Shown: piece after piece, positions 39,306 through 48,898 of the stretch
Position numbering within the stretch: the stretch's first letter is position 1
How the letters are laid out: the number at the start of each line of letters is the position of its first letter
NCBI GenBank assembly: GCA_033762115.1
Contig: JANRLX010000011.1
Span: 1 to 48,898, forward strand
DNA: 48,898 bases
From: Verrucomicrobiota bacterium
GTDB taxonomy: Bacteria; Verrucomicrobiota; Verrucomicrobiia; Limisphaerales; SXQI01
Direction: 5' to 3'
Notes under the pieces: model-generated
What the model saw: only the letters and a program-made list of their open reading frames with translations
Database searches by the model: none
Told to the model about the DNA's origin: nothing
Program-made: the position numbers and the translations under genes

Positions 39306-40664
39306 ATGAATAGTTCCGTCCGCGTCAAATTGTCCCTCATGATGTTCCTGGAATTTTTCGTATGGGGATCATGGTATGTGACCGCCCCCAATTATCTCGG
39401 AACAGTGGGATTCCAGGCGGAACATATAGCCTGGACGTACTCTGCCGGCCCCATTACCGGAATCATTGCTCCTTTTTTTGTGGGAATGATCGCGGACCGC
39501 TTTTTTGCCGCGCAAAGGGTCATGGCAGCCCTTCATTTGATTGGAGCGGGAATCATGTTCTTCGCCACAACCTTGATGAAGGGAGGGACGCCACCCACCA
39601 CGATCAATTATCTGCTCTTCATTTACATGCTCACCTATTTCCCCACGCTGGCCCTGGCGAACACGATTGCAATGAAAAGCATGACCGATCCTGAAAAGGA
39701 ATTCCCCAGCATCCGAGTCCTTGGCACTATTGGCTGGATCGCCGCCGGGCTGGCGCTCACTTATTTTGGCTGGGACCGGCAGGTGAATATGTTTTATCTT
39801 ACAGTCGGCGCGGCTTCCGCGCTCGGTTTGCTGAGCCTCACCTTGCCGCATACCCCTCCGGTTCAATCCGGGCCGGTTTCCGCCCGGCAGATTTTGGGAC
39901 TGGACGCCCTTGTCCTGTTGAAGAACCGGAATTATCTCGTTTTTATTATCTGCTCGATGCTGATCTGCATTCCGCTTGCCTATTATTATCAGATCACCAG
40001 CCGCGTTGTTGAAATGATCGAACCGTCCAAAATTGGGCTAACAATGTCCTTTGGCCAGATGTCGGAAATATTTTTCATGCTTGTGATGCCGTTTTTCTTC
40101 GCCCGGCTGGGAGTGAAATGGATGCTCGCGATTGGAATGTTGAGCTGGGCATTGCGCTATGTTCTTTTTGCGTTCGGCGCAACCGACGAGATCCGCTGGA
40201 TGATCCTTCTGGGAATTCTGCTCCATGGCATTTGTTACGACTTCTTTTTCGTGACCGGCCAGATTTATACCGACCAGGTCGCACCCAGGGAAATCCGCGC
40301 CCAGGCGCAAGGTTTGCTGGTTCTTTTTACGCTGGGTCTGGGGATGTTTATCGGGGCGCAGATCGCCGGGAAAATGGAAGCCAGGCATACTCCACAAGCG
40401 GCGCGCGACCTCGCGGTTCAGGTCGCCGCCAAAACAACTGCTGCCGCAGAAGCACGCTCCCGCCTTGCGTCAACGCCCGCAAGCGGAAAAGCCGCATTGC
40501 AGGCAGAAGTGGATCGACTGGAAGCTGAAAGGGCGACCTTGCGCCATAGCGAATTAAAAGCGATTGAATGGAAACCGTTCTGGGGAAGGCCTGCGATTTT
40601 TGCAGCGGGAATCATGTTATTGTTCATCCTGTTGTTTAAAGGGGATAAGAGAAAAGCAGTGTGA
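39306..40664 (+). CDS. MFS nucleoside:H+ symporter (NupG/XapB family)
   Basis: [52 protein letters not shown]. Confidence 0.9.
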   Translation: MNSSVRVKLSLMMFLEFFVWGSWYVTAPNYLGTVGFQAEHIAWTYSAGPITGIIAPFFVGMIADRFFAAQRVMAALHLIGAGIMFFATTLMKGGTPPTTINYLLFIYMLTYFPTLALANTIAMKSMTDPEKEFPSIRVLGTIGWIAAGLALTYFGWDRQVNMFYLTVGAASALGLLSLTLPHTPPVQSGPVSARQILGLDALVLLKNRNYLVFIICSMLICIPLAYYYQITSRVVEMIEPSKIGLTMSFGQMSEIFFMLVMPFFFARLGVKWMLAIGMLSWALRYVLFAFGATDEIRWMILLGILLHGICYDFFFVTGQIYTDQVAPREIRAQAQGLLVLFTLGLGMFIGAQIAGKMEARHTPQAARDLAVQVAAKTTAAAEARSRLASTPASGKAALQAEVDRLEAERATLRHSELKAIEWKPFWGRPAIFAAGIMLLFILLFKGDKRKAV

Positions 40665-40682
40665 ACGGCCTGGATATGAGAG

Positions 40683-41063
40683 TTATTCCCCAAAGATTCC
40701 AAGCTCCTCCCGGACTATTTTTCTGAACGTACTGAAGTTGAGCGGTTTTTTTAGGAACAACGAATCCAGGTCCAGGTTTGTGACTGTTTCCGGATCACCG
40801 CTCATATAGATTACTCTCAGCCCCGGCTTTTGTGATTGAAGGAACCGGCCCAGGTCAGCGCCGGAAAATTGCCCGGGCAGTATCATGTCCGTAATCAATA
40901 ATTTAATAGCCCGGTGATGTCGCGCCCATGCTGCCAGCGCGCCATCCGTATCCTGAGCTTCAACAACGGTAATTTTCTCTTTTGTCAACAGCTTCACCAG
41001 CACGTCCAAAAGGTCCTGATTATCATCCACCAGAAGCACCTGGACTTCACCCATATCACCCAT
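40683..41063 (-). CDS. Single-domain response regulator (receiver)
   Basis: LLVDD, LLITDMILPG, YMSG, LKKP. Confidence 0.88.
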   Translation of the reverse strand: MGDMGEVQVLLVDDNQDLLDVLVKLLTKEKITVVEAQDTDGALAAWARHHRAIKLLITDMILPGQFSGADLGRFLQSQKPGLRVIYMSGDPETVTNLDLDSLFLKKPLNFSTFRKIVREELGIFGE

Positions 41064-41207
41064 GACTGCCTTTCGGCAAAAGGAATGCCATAAGCCAATG
41101 CCCTGTTTATGGGCAAAACCGGGCTGTTTTCAGCCATCAGGATTTTGTTTTTGGGAATTGCGCCCCAGAAGATGGGTGTGGTCATCAGTTGTGCATTGCT
41201 CGCAAAA

Positions 41208-43277
41208 ATGCGAAGATTTTCTGAGTTAATGATCCATTTCAGAATCATTCTTGCGATGATTGTTTTTGGAACCGCCCCTTATTCCTGGAGCGGCAGCCCC
41301 TGGCGTTGGTCAAATCCTCTTCCACATGGAAATCATGTTTACGATATGATCTCCTGGCAGGGAAAGGTGATCCAGGTGGGAGATCGGGGAACGATTTACT
41401 CATCTTTAAACCTGGACCATTGGCGTTCCGAAAACTCTCCAACGACCAATTCCTTGCGGGCCCTCACTGTGTTTCAAGGTGGGATCGTGATCAGCGGCGC
41501 TCGCGGAACGATTGTACAGGGACAATTCCTGACAAATCTGCAATCCATCCAGCTCCCCACTTCCGACTGGCTTGAAGGCATTGCAGCCTCCAGCAACGCG
41601 GTTGTTGCGGTTGGAGACAACGGCTCTGTTTACTGGAGCAGCAACAGCGTGAATTTTGAATTGGTGACGGCTTTGCCGGAATGGTTGCGCGGCATTGCCT
41701 ATGGAAATGGCCGCTTCGTTGCGGTCGGCGAGAATGGATTGATTGCTGCCAGTGCAGAAGGAAGAAACTGGGATGAGGAAAATAGCGGGACATCGGAACA
41801 CCTGAATCGAATCGCATTCCTGAACGGAGAATTCTGGATAGCAGGCGATAATGGTGTGGTCGTGCAAAGCAATCCCACAGGCGGTTGGACCGCTGCACAA
41901 TCAGGCGTGACCAATCACTTGTTCACGGTTGCCGGGAATTCGAACAGCGTCATCGTGGCGGGCGATGGAGCACTGCTTTCGAAATCCATCCCCGGGACCA
42001 CCTGGGAATCGCAAGGTTCACTGACAAATTTCCCCTCACCTGCCTGGACTTATTATAGCTCCCTGTGGGAGGGGCGCCTTTACCTGGTCGGTGGCAGAAG
42101 CGGATTGGTCATTGAAGGGTTTCGCACGAATAGCGCATCGCCGTTCACCTGGGTGTCCCGTTCCGATTCGCCACGGGACTGGTTTTGGTCCACCGTTTAT
42201 CAAAACGATCAATATACAGCGGTCGGGGCAAACGGCTTGATCATGGCCAGTGAAAACGGGGTGGATTGGATCCAGGCTGCCGTTCCACCAGCGGCGGAAA
42301 CGAACATTCTGCTCGGAGTCAATGGAACGACCAATTTGCTGATCGCGGTCGGAACGGACGGTCTCATTTTTCACAGCACAAATCGAACAACGAATGTTCT
42401 GGTGACGAACATGGTCAATGGCCAAACCCAGATTTCCACCAATCAGGTAAGTCTTTATGGATTGCTCTGGGAAGAATCCCCTCGAGCCACCACTGGGAAT
42501 CTTCAGGGGATCGGTTTGTTGGGAAACCTTTTTATAGTCAGTGGTGACAGCGGCATCATTTTGACATCCGATGATGGCCAAAATTGGATTCCGCGAAGCA
42601 GCGGTCTCAGCAACCCGCTCAGCAGTGTGGTCGTCTATCCTGGTGGAGTACTGGCAAGCGGCGATCTTGGCGCACTGACTCACAGCCTTGATGGAATCAA
42701 TTGGCAACCTCGTTCCAGTCCTGTGACCAATTGGATTTACCAGATTCGTTATCTCAAAAATCAGTTGATCGGAGTTGGTGAGGATGGACTGATTATCACC
42801 AGCACCAACGGAACGGAATGGGTTCGTCAATCCAGCGGCACCGCTCGCTGGCTTAATGATGTGGTGTATGCCGCCAGTAACTACTGGATTGCCGGAGATG
42901 GGGGCATTCTTTTGAAAAGTATGGATGGCGTGAATTGGACCCATATCGTGCCAAACACATCCAAATCACTCTACAGCCTCGCCTCGGACGGCAAGCAGCT
43001 CATCGCGATTGGGCCTGAAGGCACGGTGTTGCGCCACCAAGCCGAGCCGCATCGCCTTCCGGTCAATCTGCTGAATTATTCCATGGCACGAGGACAGGAG
43101 ATGTTCCTGCTGACAGGGCTTCCCGATCAACTTTTCTGCATTGAAGCCACTGATGATTTGCAAACCTGGGAAGAAGTCTCCTGTGGAGAACTGGACGACC
43201 CTTCCGGCACATTGCTGTTTCCGCAACCAGCCAGCAACCATCCTTTTCGATTTTATCGCACGCGTCTTAAATTTTAA
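41208..43277 (+). CDS. Secreted BNR/Ycf48-like beta-propeller repeat protein with a C-terminal FYR domain
   Basis: Repeated VAVG..G.I..S.DG.NW units; signal peptide from M 41208 or 41229. Confidence 0.82.
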   Translation: MRRFSELMIHFRIILAMIVFGTAPYSWSGSPWRWSNPLPHGNHVYDMISWQGKVIQVGDRGTIYSSLNLDHWRSENSPTTNSLRALTVFQGGIVISGARGTIVQGQFLTNLQSIQLPTSDWLEGIAASSNAVVAVGDNGSVYWSSNSVNFELVTALPEWLRGIAYGNGRFVAVGENGLIAASAEGRNWDEENSGTSEHLNRIAFLNGEFWIAGDNGVVVQSNPTGGWTAAQSGVTNHLFTVAGNSNSVIVAGDGALLSKSIPGTTWESQGSLTNFPSPAWTYYSSLWEGRLYLVGGRSGLVIEGFRTNSASPFTWVSRSDSPRDWFWSTVYQNDQYTAVGANGLIMASENGVDWIQAAVPPAAETNILLGVNGTTNLLIAVGTDGLIFHSTNRTTNVLVTNMVNGQTQISTNQVSLYGLLWEESPRATTGNLQGIGLLGNLFIVSGDSGIILTSDDGQNWIPRSSGLSNPLSSVVVYPGGVLASGDLGALTHSLDGINWQPRSSPVTNWIYQIRYLKNQLIGVGEDGLIITSTNGTEWVRQSSGTARWLNDVVYAASNYWIAGDGGILLKSMDGVNWTHIVPNTSKSLYSLASDGKQLIAIGPEGTVLRHQAEPHRLPVNLLNYSMARGQEMFLLTGLPDQLFCIEATDDLQTWEEVSCGELDDPSGTLLFPQPASNHPFRFYRTRLKF

Positions 43278-43283
43278 GCTCTT

Positions 43284-43685
43284 ATGACCTCCTTAAAACA
43301 ACTCAAACTCGCGCAAAAAGCCGCCGTTCATTATCAGCAATTGGTCGAGGAACTGGATGCTCTCGTCAAAGACATTGACCGCTGCCAGCGAACGATCATC
43401 ACCCTGAAGGAGGAACTGGAACGAGTAAACCAGAAGCACGCAAACCGGCAGACGACCAGGGAAGATATCGATTACCTGACCGATCTTTTGAAATGCGCGA
43501 ATAAAAAGCTGGTTTGGGAAAAGCACATGGCCAGCCTGCAAAAACGCACACCCCTGCTGCTGGAACGGGTATCGAAACTGGCCAACGATCCAAACGCTCC
43601 AGCCGATGAACAGATGCGGGACACCCTCGTGCAGGGTCTCCAACGAATTTCCCACGCAATGGAACAGCTGCAATCAGTCAAATGA
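43284..43685 (+). CDS. Hypothetical coiled-coil protein
   Basis: 133-aa helical ORF starting 6 nt after the upstream stop. Confidence 0.7.
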   Translation: MTSLKQLKLAQKAAVHYQQLVEELDALVKDIDRCQRTIITLKEELERVNQKHANRQTTREDIDYLTDLLKCANKKLVWEKHMASLQKRTPLLLERVSKLANDPNAPADEQMRDTLVQGLQRISHAMEQLQSVK

Positions 43686-43689
43686 TCCA

Positions 43690-45516
43690 TCACTCCCGCA
43701 GGTGAACGCTGTTGGTGCTCCGTTTTCCAAGCAACTGCTGGACCCGGTTTGTTTCCAGATTTCCGGCGGAGTCAAAAAATAATTCAGTGCGATTGGTCAA
43801 GGGCTTGTAGTTTTGCCGCCAAAGGTTGAACACAGCCTCAATTGCATCCCCCTGTTCATCCACACTACCAACATAATCAAATGTCAGATTTTCAAATGGA
43901 TCGATTGTTTTGAGTGATTGATGCGAGAGAAATCTCACTGCGGAATAGTCGTCCGCCATTCCCATGACCAAAAATGGCGGCATCCACTCTTTCCCCGATG
44001 TATCCTGAGCTTCCTTGCGACCCATGGCACTGGCGATCAATGCCCGTTGCGCAGCGTCCCCCTTCATCAACCAGACCAGCGATGCTGCGACGGTTCGATT
44101 CTCCTCATCCAGATTCGGTTGTTCCGTTCCGTACCACTTCTGAAGGTTGTTTGCTGTCCATTCCAGGGTTTTATCGAGATGGCAAAGATTGCACGCATTC
44201 GGGCGCCCTGTTTCCAAAGATTCTTTTACCGTTGGGCTGGACACCTGGTGGCTGCGGATGGTCTTGAGCAATCCATATGTGGTGTGCGGCATATGACAGT
44301 TGTAACAAAGACTGCCAGAGGAATGCTCCCGATGGTGTGTATGCGCCGGGATGTTCTGATCCACTTCTTTATGACATTGCAGGCATGCCTGGTTGGAATC
44401 GCGCAATTTTGCCAGTTGATCATCCGGTTCACTCTGATGCATCGAATGACAGGAGAGGCAACTGAAGCGACCGCCCTGGTAACAGGGAGATTCGATCAAG
44501 GCATTATACTCCCGACCCGAACTGCGCGGCATGCCGTCCGACCAAAAAAAATCTTCCAGCAGCCTGGGATGCTTCTCCAGCATCGGCTTTAACCAGGGTT
44601 GCTGATCAAGTTTCGTAGCCTGAATAACGGGTGTCGTGGCAGAGAGATCATCACCCGGCTTGAAAGTGAAACCATGCTCCAGCAGGGCATCGCTTGCTTC
44701 AAACCATTTAATTGAGTGACAATTCCCACAGACTTCGGATGACCTCCTGGCATCCAGATGCGCAGGCTGCACAATTGTGGAATCACCATCTCCAGAACTG
44801 TTTTTGGCTGATGCAGAACGCTGATGGGCCACATGCTTTTCTCCCGGGCCATGACATGCTTCACAAGCAATGCCCATTTCCGCCACTCTCGATCGCCAGG
44901 TCTGTGTCTCCCTGTCAGGTCTTGGCTGTCCGCCTGTCGTGTGGCAACGGATACAATTATTGTTCCATGTTTCCCGACCGTGGGGGACTTCCGGGTTGCG
45001 TAGAAAAGTGTCCTTTCTCGGAACCCATCGCTGCTCATGGATCAACCAGGTAAACGGAAATGCGACCTGGAGATTTCCATGCCCCGTGGACATCCAGAAC
45101 ACCTGCATGTGATGCGAGCCGGTAAGCATGCCCACTTCGACTTCGGTGTTTTCTCCACCACCCTCAATGGGACTGATTTCGACATAGTACATTCCCTCCT
45201 TTCGCAACAGTCGATAGCGCTCCGTTTCAGTTGAAAGCACCACGTTGTCCCAACTTGCCTGCACCGCATTGGTGGAGGCGTACTGCGTCATGGTTCGATG
45301 ATAACTGCGATGCCAGCTTGCATGCTCCTCCTTGTGGCATTCCCTGCAAGTGGTGGAAGTTACATATTCTCCACCCCTGTCCTCGCTTGGAAGGGACGCC
45401 TTCACCAAAGGGCGCTCGGTCTCCTGAGATAATTGAACTGGCGGAGGTGCAGGTTTCCCACAACCTGACAACATCAGGAAAAGAACAAGTGGAAACCATT
45501 GAAACGATGATTTCAT
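43690..45516 (-). CDS. Octaheme cytochrome c lipoprotein
   Basis: Lipobox LSGC; eight CxxCH motifs (CRECH, CIRCH, CEACH, CGNCH, CLSCH, CLQCH, CYNCH, CNLCH); ATGA overlap with the recF stop. Confidence 0.9.
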   Translation of the reverse strand: MKSSFQWFPLVLFLMLSGCGKPAPPPVQLSQETERPLVKASLPSEDRGGEYVTSTTCRECHKEEHASWHRSYHRTMTQYASTNAVQASWDNVVLSTETERYRLLRKEGMYYVEISPIEGGGENTEVEVGMLTGSHHMQVFWMSTGHGNLQVAFPFTWLIHEQRWVPRKDTFLRNPEVPHGRETWNNNCIRCHTTGGQPRPDRETQTWRSRVAEMGIACEACHGPGEKHVAHQRSASAKNSSGDGDSTIVQPAHLDARRSSEVCGNCHSIKWFEASDALLEHGFTFKPGDDLSATTPVIQATKLDQQPWLKPMLEKHPRLLEDFFWSDGMPRSSGREYNALIESPCYQGGRFSCLSCHSMHQSEPDDQLAKLRDSNQACLQCHKEVDQNIPAHTHHREHSSGSLCYNCHMPHTTYGLLKTIRSHQVSSPTVKESLETGRPNACNLCHLDKTLEWTANNLQKWYGTEQPNLDEENRTVAASLVWLMKGDAAQRALIASAMGRKEAQDTSGKEWMPPFLVMGMADDYSAVRFLSHQSLKTIDPFENLTFDYVGSVDEQGDAIEAVFNLWRQNYKPLTNRTELFFDSAGNLETNRVQQLLGKRSTNSVHLRE

Positions 45517-46589
45517 CCCGGGGAAAGGGTGCCGTTTTTCACATGCCATCGATGGACCTGGCGGCTGAGTTCAGCTGGCCAGTTCTCTTCCGTGCAGGTC
45601 ATGAACGCCTGGCCATGAGAGGAATGCACCCCTCTCAGCAGTGGCAGAAATGCAGCGCGCCTCCTGACATCCAATTCTCCCATCACATCATCAATCAACA
45701 AGGTGGGCGGAGTTCCATGAACAAAAGCGAAATATTCCGCCTGGGCCATTTTTAAGGCAATCGCAATGCTCCGTTTCTGACCTTCGCTGCTGAAATGAGA
45801 GGCCGGTTTTCCATTCAAGTTCATCTGGAGATCATCGCGATGAGGGCCAACCAGCGTGGTCCGCAATGCCTGCTCACGCGCTTTACTCTGGGCAAGAGTC
45901 TGGGCGAAATCTGCTTTGATCGAAGGAGCATAACTCAGCTCAAAAAGTTCTGCATCACCTGAGATGCGCTGATAAGCCCTGGAAACCAGCGGGACAAAAC
46001 CGGGAAGCATTTTCCGACGTTCCTTGATGATCGAAGTGCCCGCTGCAACAAGTTCCGCCGTATAACTCTCCAGTGTTGCGTGATCAATCGTTCGCTGTTT
46101 GAGCAACGAGTTTCTTGAACGTAATGCATGGGTGTAGCGTTGAAGAAGTGAAAGGTATCCTGAAACAGTCTGGCTCAAGACGAAATCAAGGAACCGGCGT
46201 CGAGCAGCGGAAGGTCCCTTGATCAGGTTGATATCTTCCGAGCAGAAAACGACCCCGCGAAAAATTCCGAAAAATTCCGAAAGTTTTCGGACAGGCCGCT
46301 CATTCAATGAGAGTTTTCGTTTGTTTTTGGACCAGAAAAGTTTGATTTCATGCTCCGATTGCGCAAGAACATGGCCCGCCACAAAATAACCTGCCTCTCC
46401 ATGTCGAATCATCTGGGCCCCGCCCGCACCGCGAAAGGACCTCAGCGTGGCCAGCAGGTAGATGGCCTCAAGAATATTGGTTTTTCCCTGGGCATTGTTC
46501 CCAAGAAAAAGATGAAGGCCGGGAGTGAAGCGGGCATCCAGCCTTGCGTAATTCCGAAAATCTCGAAGACGCAGTTGACTGAGATGCAC
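45513..46589 (-). CDS. recF: DNA replication/repair protein RecF
   Basis: LRDFRNY, GNNAQGKTNILEAI, RRRFLD, GPHRDDL, SEGQKR, LLIDDVMGELD; probable GTG start at 46589. Confidence 0.96.
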   Translation of the reverse strand: MHLSQLRLRDFRNYARLDARFTPGLHLFLGNNAQGKTNILEAIYLLATLRSFRGAGGAQMIRHGEAGYFVAGHVLAQSEHEIKLFWSKNKRKLSLNERPVRKLSEFFGIFRGVVFCSEDINLIKGPSAARRRFLDFVLSQTVSGYLSLLQRYTHALRSRNSLLKQRTIDHATLESYTAELVAAGTSIIKERRKMLPGFVPLVSRAYQRISGDAELFELSYAPSIKADFAQTLAQSKAREQALRTTLVGPHRDDLQMNLNGKPASHFSSEGQKRSIAIALKMAQAEYFAFVHGTPPTLLIDDVMGELDVRRRAAFLPLLRGVHSSHGQAFMTCTEENWPAELSRQVHRWHVKNGTLSPG

Positions 46590-46688
46590 GAAAGAATTGT
46601 GGGAATTCTCGCTTGCCTGCCAAGCAGATTCGGACATTAAAAAAGGCAGCGGGATCACCGCTGCCTTGGGTATACATCCGTTAAATCA

Positions 46689-47048
46689 TTACCGACTGAT
46701 TCCACCGCCACTGGAGGATGCTCGAAGCACAGCGATTGCCGCCTTGGCATTTGGATCCCCCGCGGCTGCGGCTTCCATCAACGATGTCTGAAGTGATCGC
46801 ATGGAATTCTGAATCTGTAACGACTGCTGTTCACTGACGCTTGTCTCCCTGGCTGCCATCAGAACCATCATTGCTTCCTGATACTTTTTGGACTCAATGG
46901 CTTTGTTGGCCTCGGTCAAGGTTTTGTTCACGACCGGATCTGCATTTTCAGTGGAAAGTTTTTCAACTCCTCCCCCAGGACCGGATCCACATCCAGCAAG
47001 CAGGACTGCGGAAACAAACAAAGTTGAGAATGCAAACTTCATGATCAT
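46689..47048 (-). CDS. Small lipoprotein
   Basis: Lipobox LAGC; starts within a few nt of the prepilin-gene stop. Confidence 0.75.
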   Translation of the reverse strand: MIMKFAFSTLFVSAVLLAGCGSGPGGGVEKLSTENADPVVNKTLTEANKAIESKKYQEAMMVLMAARETSVSEQQSLQIQNSMRSLQTSLMEAAAAGDPNAKAAIAVLRASSSGGGISR

Positions 47049-47050
47049 GA

Positions 47051-47872
47051 TCACCTGCCGTTTGCGGTCAATGGACTGCACCAGAGCCGATTTTTAACCT
47101 GGGCATTGGCTTCCCTGTAAAAGGCTGCATACTTCACATATTCCACTGATCCACCCATCAGCCCGAGCGTTGAACCTCCACGCACATCCAGATTTGAACT
47201 CCTTGAACGGCCACCGCCATGACGTTGTGAAATCCCCTCGGTCGGATAGCTGGAGGCATCATTGAACCAGAACGGGGTGAGTTCATCCGCTTCCCAGGAT
47301 AACATATCCGTGGGTTTGAAATCACTGATTTTCAGAGTATTAGGCCGTTTGCCGCGAAGCGATGCATGGTCATACCCAATAACCGCACCGTTCCAGACAT
47401 AACTGGAAACCACAACCGCGCGTTGGGCGAAATTATTGGCAAATGGACCGTTCGTCTTGTCCAGCGGGCACATATAAATTTTTGGATTCCCCTGGTAAGG
47501 GTAAAGCTGCCCTTTTTTAACGGATTCCAATTGATTGGTGATGCGGCGGTAAAGCCCGGCTGGTGCGCCAGGCGCTGCATCCGGCAGAGGAGCGCCATGC
47601 AACCAGGAAGCGACGCCCGTTCCCCAGCCTGGAAACGGAAGCACGTCATTGGAATCACCCACATAAACCTGGTTGCCAAGCATCATCTGGCGGGAATTAT
47701 TTGTATCGATGGTAATCATCGCTTTCTCTTTTGCCTTTGACAGGGCTGGCAAGAGCATCCCCGCGAGAATCGCGATGATCGCGATCACAACGAGCAGTTC
47801 AATCAACGTGAAAGCTGTATTGCTCCCCCTTGAGCGGAGCAGTATGGGCGTATCTTGGGGCTTCCTATTCAT
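47051..47872 (-). CDS. Prepilin-type N-terminal cleavage/methylation domain protein (PVC pseudopilin-like)
   Basis: AFTLIELLVVIAIIAILAGMLLPALSKAKEKA, YMCPLD, SSYVWN, C-terminal RH...GGSVEY. Confidence 0.92.
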   Translation of the reverse strand: MNRKPQDTPILLRSRGSNTAFTLIELLVVIAIIAILAGMLLPALSKAKEKAMITIDTNNSRQMMLGNQVYVGDSNDVLPFPGWGTGVASWLHGAPLPDAAPGAPAGLYRRITNQLESVKKGQLYPYQGNPKIYMCPLDKTNGPFANNFAQRAVVVSSYVWNGAVIGYDHASLRGKRPNTLKISDFKPTDMLSWEADELTPFWFNDASSYPTEGISQRHGGGRSRSSNLDVRGGSTLGLMGGSVEYVKYAAFYREANAQVKNRLWCSPLTANGR

Positions 47873-48150
47873 ATGTTTGGGGTTGGTTAAGAACCTTTAT
47901 GCGAAATTGTTCACACAGTCAATTGCGGTTGTTTCAACTCACTGAGAATACTCTCACAAATCCGCTTTTTGTGAACTGTGCGTCTGAATGCACAGATTCA
48001 ATCCAGCAATTTAATCTTTCGAATAACCGAACCTCACTGATCCTGTGATACTGTCGATTGATTCAAAAGAAAAATTTATCCTTTTTTGAACACCCTGAGG
48101 TCAGACCAGTAGACCACTTTGTTTCAACCTGTCGTTTCGAATTGTTCTCT

Positions 48151-48897
48151 TCAGGGAACAATCACAGCGCGATAAAACTGACTTCCCTCGACTTCGACGA
48201 TGAAGGTGACCGACTCCTCTCCCATCGCGACAGTTTTTGTTTCCACTTCCGTCCAGCCTGGCAGGGCATCGCTCGATTCCAGACGGACCCTGCTGCCAGC
48301 TGGCGCAATCACGTCCATTTCAAACCTGCCAGAGGTCAACCGGAGATTGGCCGAATCAATTCGGAACACCTGGCTTGCGGCAGTGACGGTTAATGTCCCG
48401 CTCTCAAATTGAATCGAATAGTTGGAAGACCCGGCGGCGCTCGGCACAATCGGGTAGGTTCCAACCGGGCTCAGTGCCGTCGCTGGAGTCGAGAGTTGAA
48501 CGGAAGGATTCAAACTCGCTGATGTGTCACCATTCACAAAACCATTAAAGGTTGCAGTGAGGGTTGGCAGCGCGCTTCCAAAGGTTTTCGTTTTATCGTC
48601 AGCTTTAATCGTCAGCGGGCGCTTTGTCACAGCAAGAGTGCCGGAAACAAAATTGATGTTGTAATTTTGCGCCGCAGCCCCGCTCGGAACAATCGAATAG
48701 TTGCCGACACTGCTTGCAGCAGTCGCCACACTGCTCAACACGACCGGGCTGGTCAGAACTGAAGCGTTTTCTCCATTCACAAAGCCGGTAATGGTGGCGG
48801 TAAACGTTGGATTGGCTTCCCCATAGACTTTGCTCTTGTTCTCGGCGGTCACAGTCAACGTCCGTTTCGTGATCGTGAATGTTCCGGGGACAAATGT
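48151..48897 (-). CDS. C-terminal part of a surface protein with MBG-type repeats and a C-terminal FYR domain (5' end outside the window)
   Basis: Two units of LT(V/I)xA..K.K.(Y/F)G...P....T..GFVNG...NY.I.F..GTL.VT; the frame is open to the window edge. Confidence 0.88.
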   Translation of the reverse strand, partial: TFVPGTFTITKRTLTVTAENKSKVYGEANPTFTATITGFVNGENASVLTSPVVLSSVATAASSVGNYSIVPSGAAAQNYNINFVSGTLAVTKRPLTIKADDKTKTFGSALPTLTATFNGFVNGDTSASLNPSVQLSTPATALSPVGTYPIVPSAAGSSNYSIQFESGTLTVTAASQVFRIDSANLRLTSGRFEMDVIAPAGSRVRLESSDALPGWTEVETKTVAMGEESVTFIVEVEGSQFYRAVIVP

Positions 48898-48898
48898 G

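Overview
A 48.9-kb chromosomal segment, most likely from a Verrucomicrobiota (Pedosphaera-like) bacterium. This is inferred from gene families: a prepilin-type/lipoprotein pair, a lamin-tail/CotH giant protein, and an octaheme cytochrome c. About 40 CDS are present. Housekeeping genes include dnaX-ybaB-recR, sdhCAB, accA, manA, udg, rsmD, mtnA, mscL, ppk1 and recF. I found no rRNA, tRNA, CRISPR array or mobile element. The most interesting observations are: (1) three unrelated exported proteins share a ~70-aa C-terminal domain ending in FYR, a candidate secretion or surface-sorting signal; (2) a tightly coupled SDR / LarA-family nickel-pincer enzyme / WbpI-like epimerase / HAD operon; (3) a local G-rich strand-asymmetry domain, independent of gene orientation, next to a palindrome-rich spacer at ~16.43-16.71 kb; (4) a secreted DUF4142 protein with a two-tier DG[K/E/R]TLG repeat; (5) a ~2600-aa CotH-kinase protein with six lamin-tail domains. 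All calls come from motif recognition by eye; no database searches were run.
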